A stretch of 63,666 nt of DNA, counting the filler, from Octopus bimaculoides (Eukaryota), in assembly GCF_001194135.2 (NCBI RefSeq). It is 6 parts of 6 records of this genome, joined end to end, with 100 filler letters (N's around TTAATTAATTAA, not from the genome) between each part and the next. Parts side by side here need not be neighbours in the genome. Positions count along the whole stretch, not along the records: positions 61,826 to 63,666 come from NW_026432633.1; 5 more parts are not named here. One strand, written 5' to 3'. The notes beneath the pieces are model-generated. The model ran no database searches. It was not told the DNA's origin and saw nothing but the letters and a program-made list of their open reading frames with translations. Below, one piece after another: positions 62,511 through 63,666 of this stretch (positions are counted from its first letter, which is position 1; each line of letters starts with the position of its first letter). Both the position numbers and the translations under genes were made by a program.

Positions 62511-63285
62511 CTGTATAGGAGATCATCAGGAAGAGAGTGTTTGTATGTATGCATATCTCTTCTATTTTTTAATTATTATTAATCTTTCACTGAGGAAGGA
62601 GCCGGTTTTCAACAAAGATTCNNNNNNNNNNNNNNNNNNNNNNNNNNNNNNNNNNNNNNNNNNNNNNNNNNNNNNNNNNNNNNNNNNNNNNNNNNNNNNN
62701 NNNNNNNNNNNNNNNNNNNNNNNNNNNNNNNNNNNNNNNNNNNNNNNNNNNNNNNNNNNNNNNNNNNNNNNNNNNNNNNNNNNNNNNNNNNNNNNNNNNN
62801 NNNNNNNNNNNNNNNNNNNNNNNNNNNNNNNNNNNNNNNNNNNNNNNNNNNNNNNNNNNNNNNNNNNNNNNNNNNNNNNNNNNNNNNNNNNNNNNNNNNN
62901 NNNNNNNNNNNNNNNNNNNNNNNNNNNNNNNNNNNNNNNNNNNNNNNNNNNNNNNNNNNNNNNNNNNNNNNNNNNNNNNNNNNNNNNNNNNNNNNNNNNN
63001 NNNNNNNNNNNNNNNNNNNNNNNNNNNNNNNNNNNNNNNNNNNNNNNNNNNNNNNNNNNNNNNNNNNNNNNNNNNNNNNNNNNNNNNNNNNNNNNNNNNN
63101 NNNNNNNNNNNNNNNNNNNNNNNNNTTTGTCTCTGTATTGTTCCTCCTCGTCCTTCACCCTTGTGGCAAATAAATGAAATCATCATCTTCATCATCATCA
63201 TCTTCATCATCATCATCATCACCATCGTCATCACAGTCGTCGTCCTCCTCCTCCTCCTCCTCCTCCTCATTATTATTATTATTGC

Positions 63286-63323
<38 letters not shown>

Positions 63324-63666
63324 GCTAGTAAGCCGTATGGTATAGGCCTGATAGTTTGCCGGTTAAAGCACGTTCACTGGTTCAGAGTATGTATGCGCAT
63401 GTATGGATGCATGTATGTATATATATATGTGTATATATATGCCTTAATTTGTTATTAATTCTGTGAGACGACAGAAAGACCATAGCAATTTGTCTTTCTC
63501 TAAACTATTTTGTTTTCTCAGCCTCAGCTGGAGTTCTGCAGTGTAATATGTATTCTCCTTTGGAGAGATGTGTGTCTACGTACGTGTGTACGTAGGTGTA
63601 TATATGTATATAGATATCTTTGTAGATATTTGTATGTATACATGTACGTATATATATATATATATA

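Overview
AT-rich, microsatellite-dense, gap-ridden eukaryotic scaffold. The SINE/LINE families and repeat landscape point to a coleoid cephalopod, probably Octopus (inference). Two protein-coding genes are supported. (1) Five consecutive in-frame internal exons (813 nt, TM5-TM11) of a highly divergent SLC6 Na+/Cl- neurotransmitter/amino-acid transporter on the + strand, 1607-17190. (2) The large first coding exon of a dachsous cadherin (signal peptide, EC1-EC5 and the start of EC6) on the - strand, 35023-33293. Dachsous must continue toward lower coordinates and no further cadherin exon is visible, so the SLC6 gene appears to lie antisense inside a >33 kb dachsous intron. This arrangement is read across one artificial scaffold linker, so it needs checking. 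The rest is mobile-element debris: a full-length decayed mariner, a deleted Tc1/maT element, Tc1- and piggyBac-type MITEs, RTE, CR1/L2-like and R4/Dong-like LINE fragments, several modular tRNA-derived SINE families and a Helentron/HINE-like element. Best leads: substituted gate and ion-site residues in the SLC6, two hammerhead-ribozyme-like motifs, a 76-bp near-perfect foldback, a locally triplicated ~180-bp element just downstream of the dachsous donor, and a candidate uORF-rich 5'UTR exon. No rRNA, true tRNA gene or CRISPR array was seen. No proven novel system is claimed. All alignments were done by eye; reference residue numbers and exon sizes are from memory.
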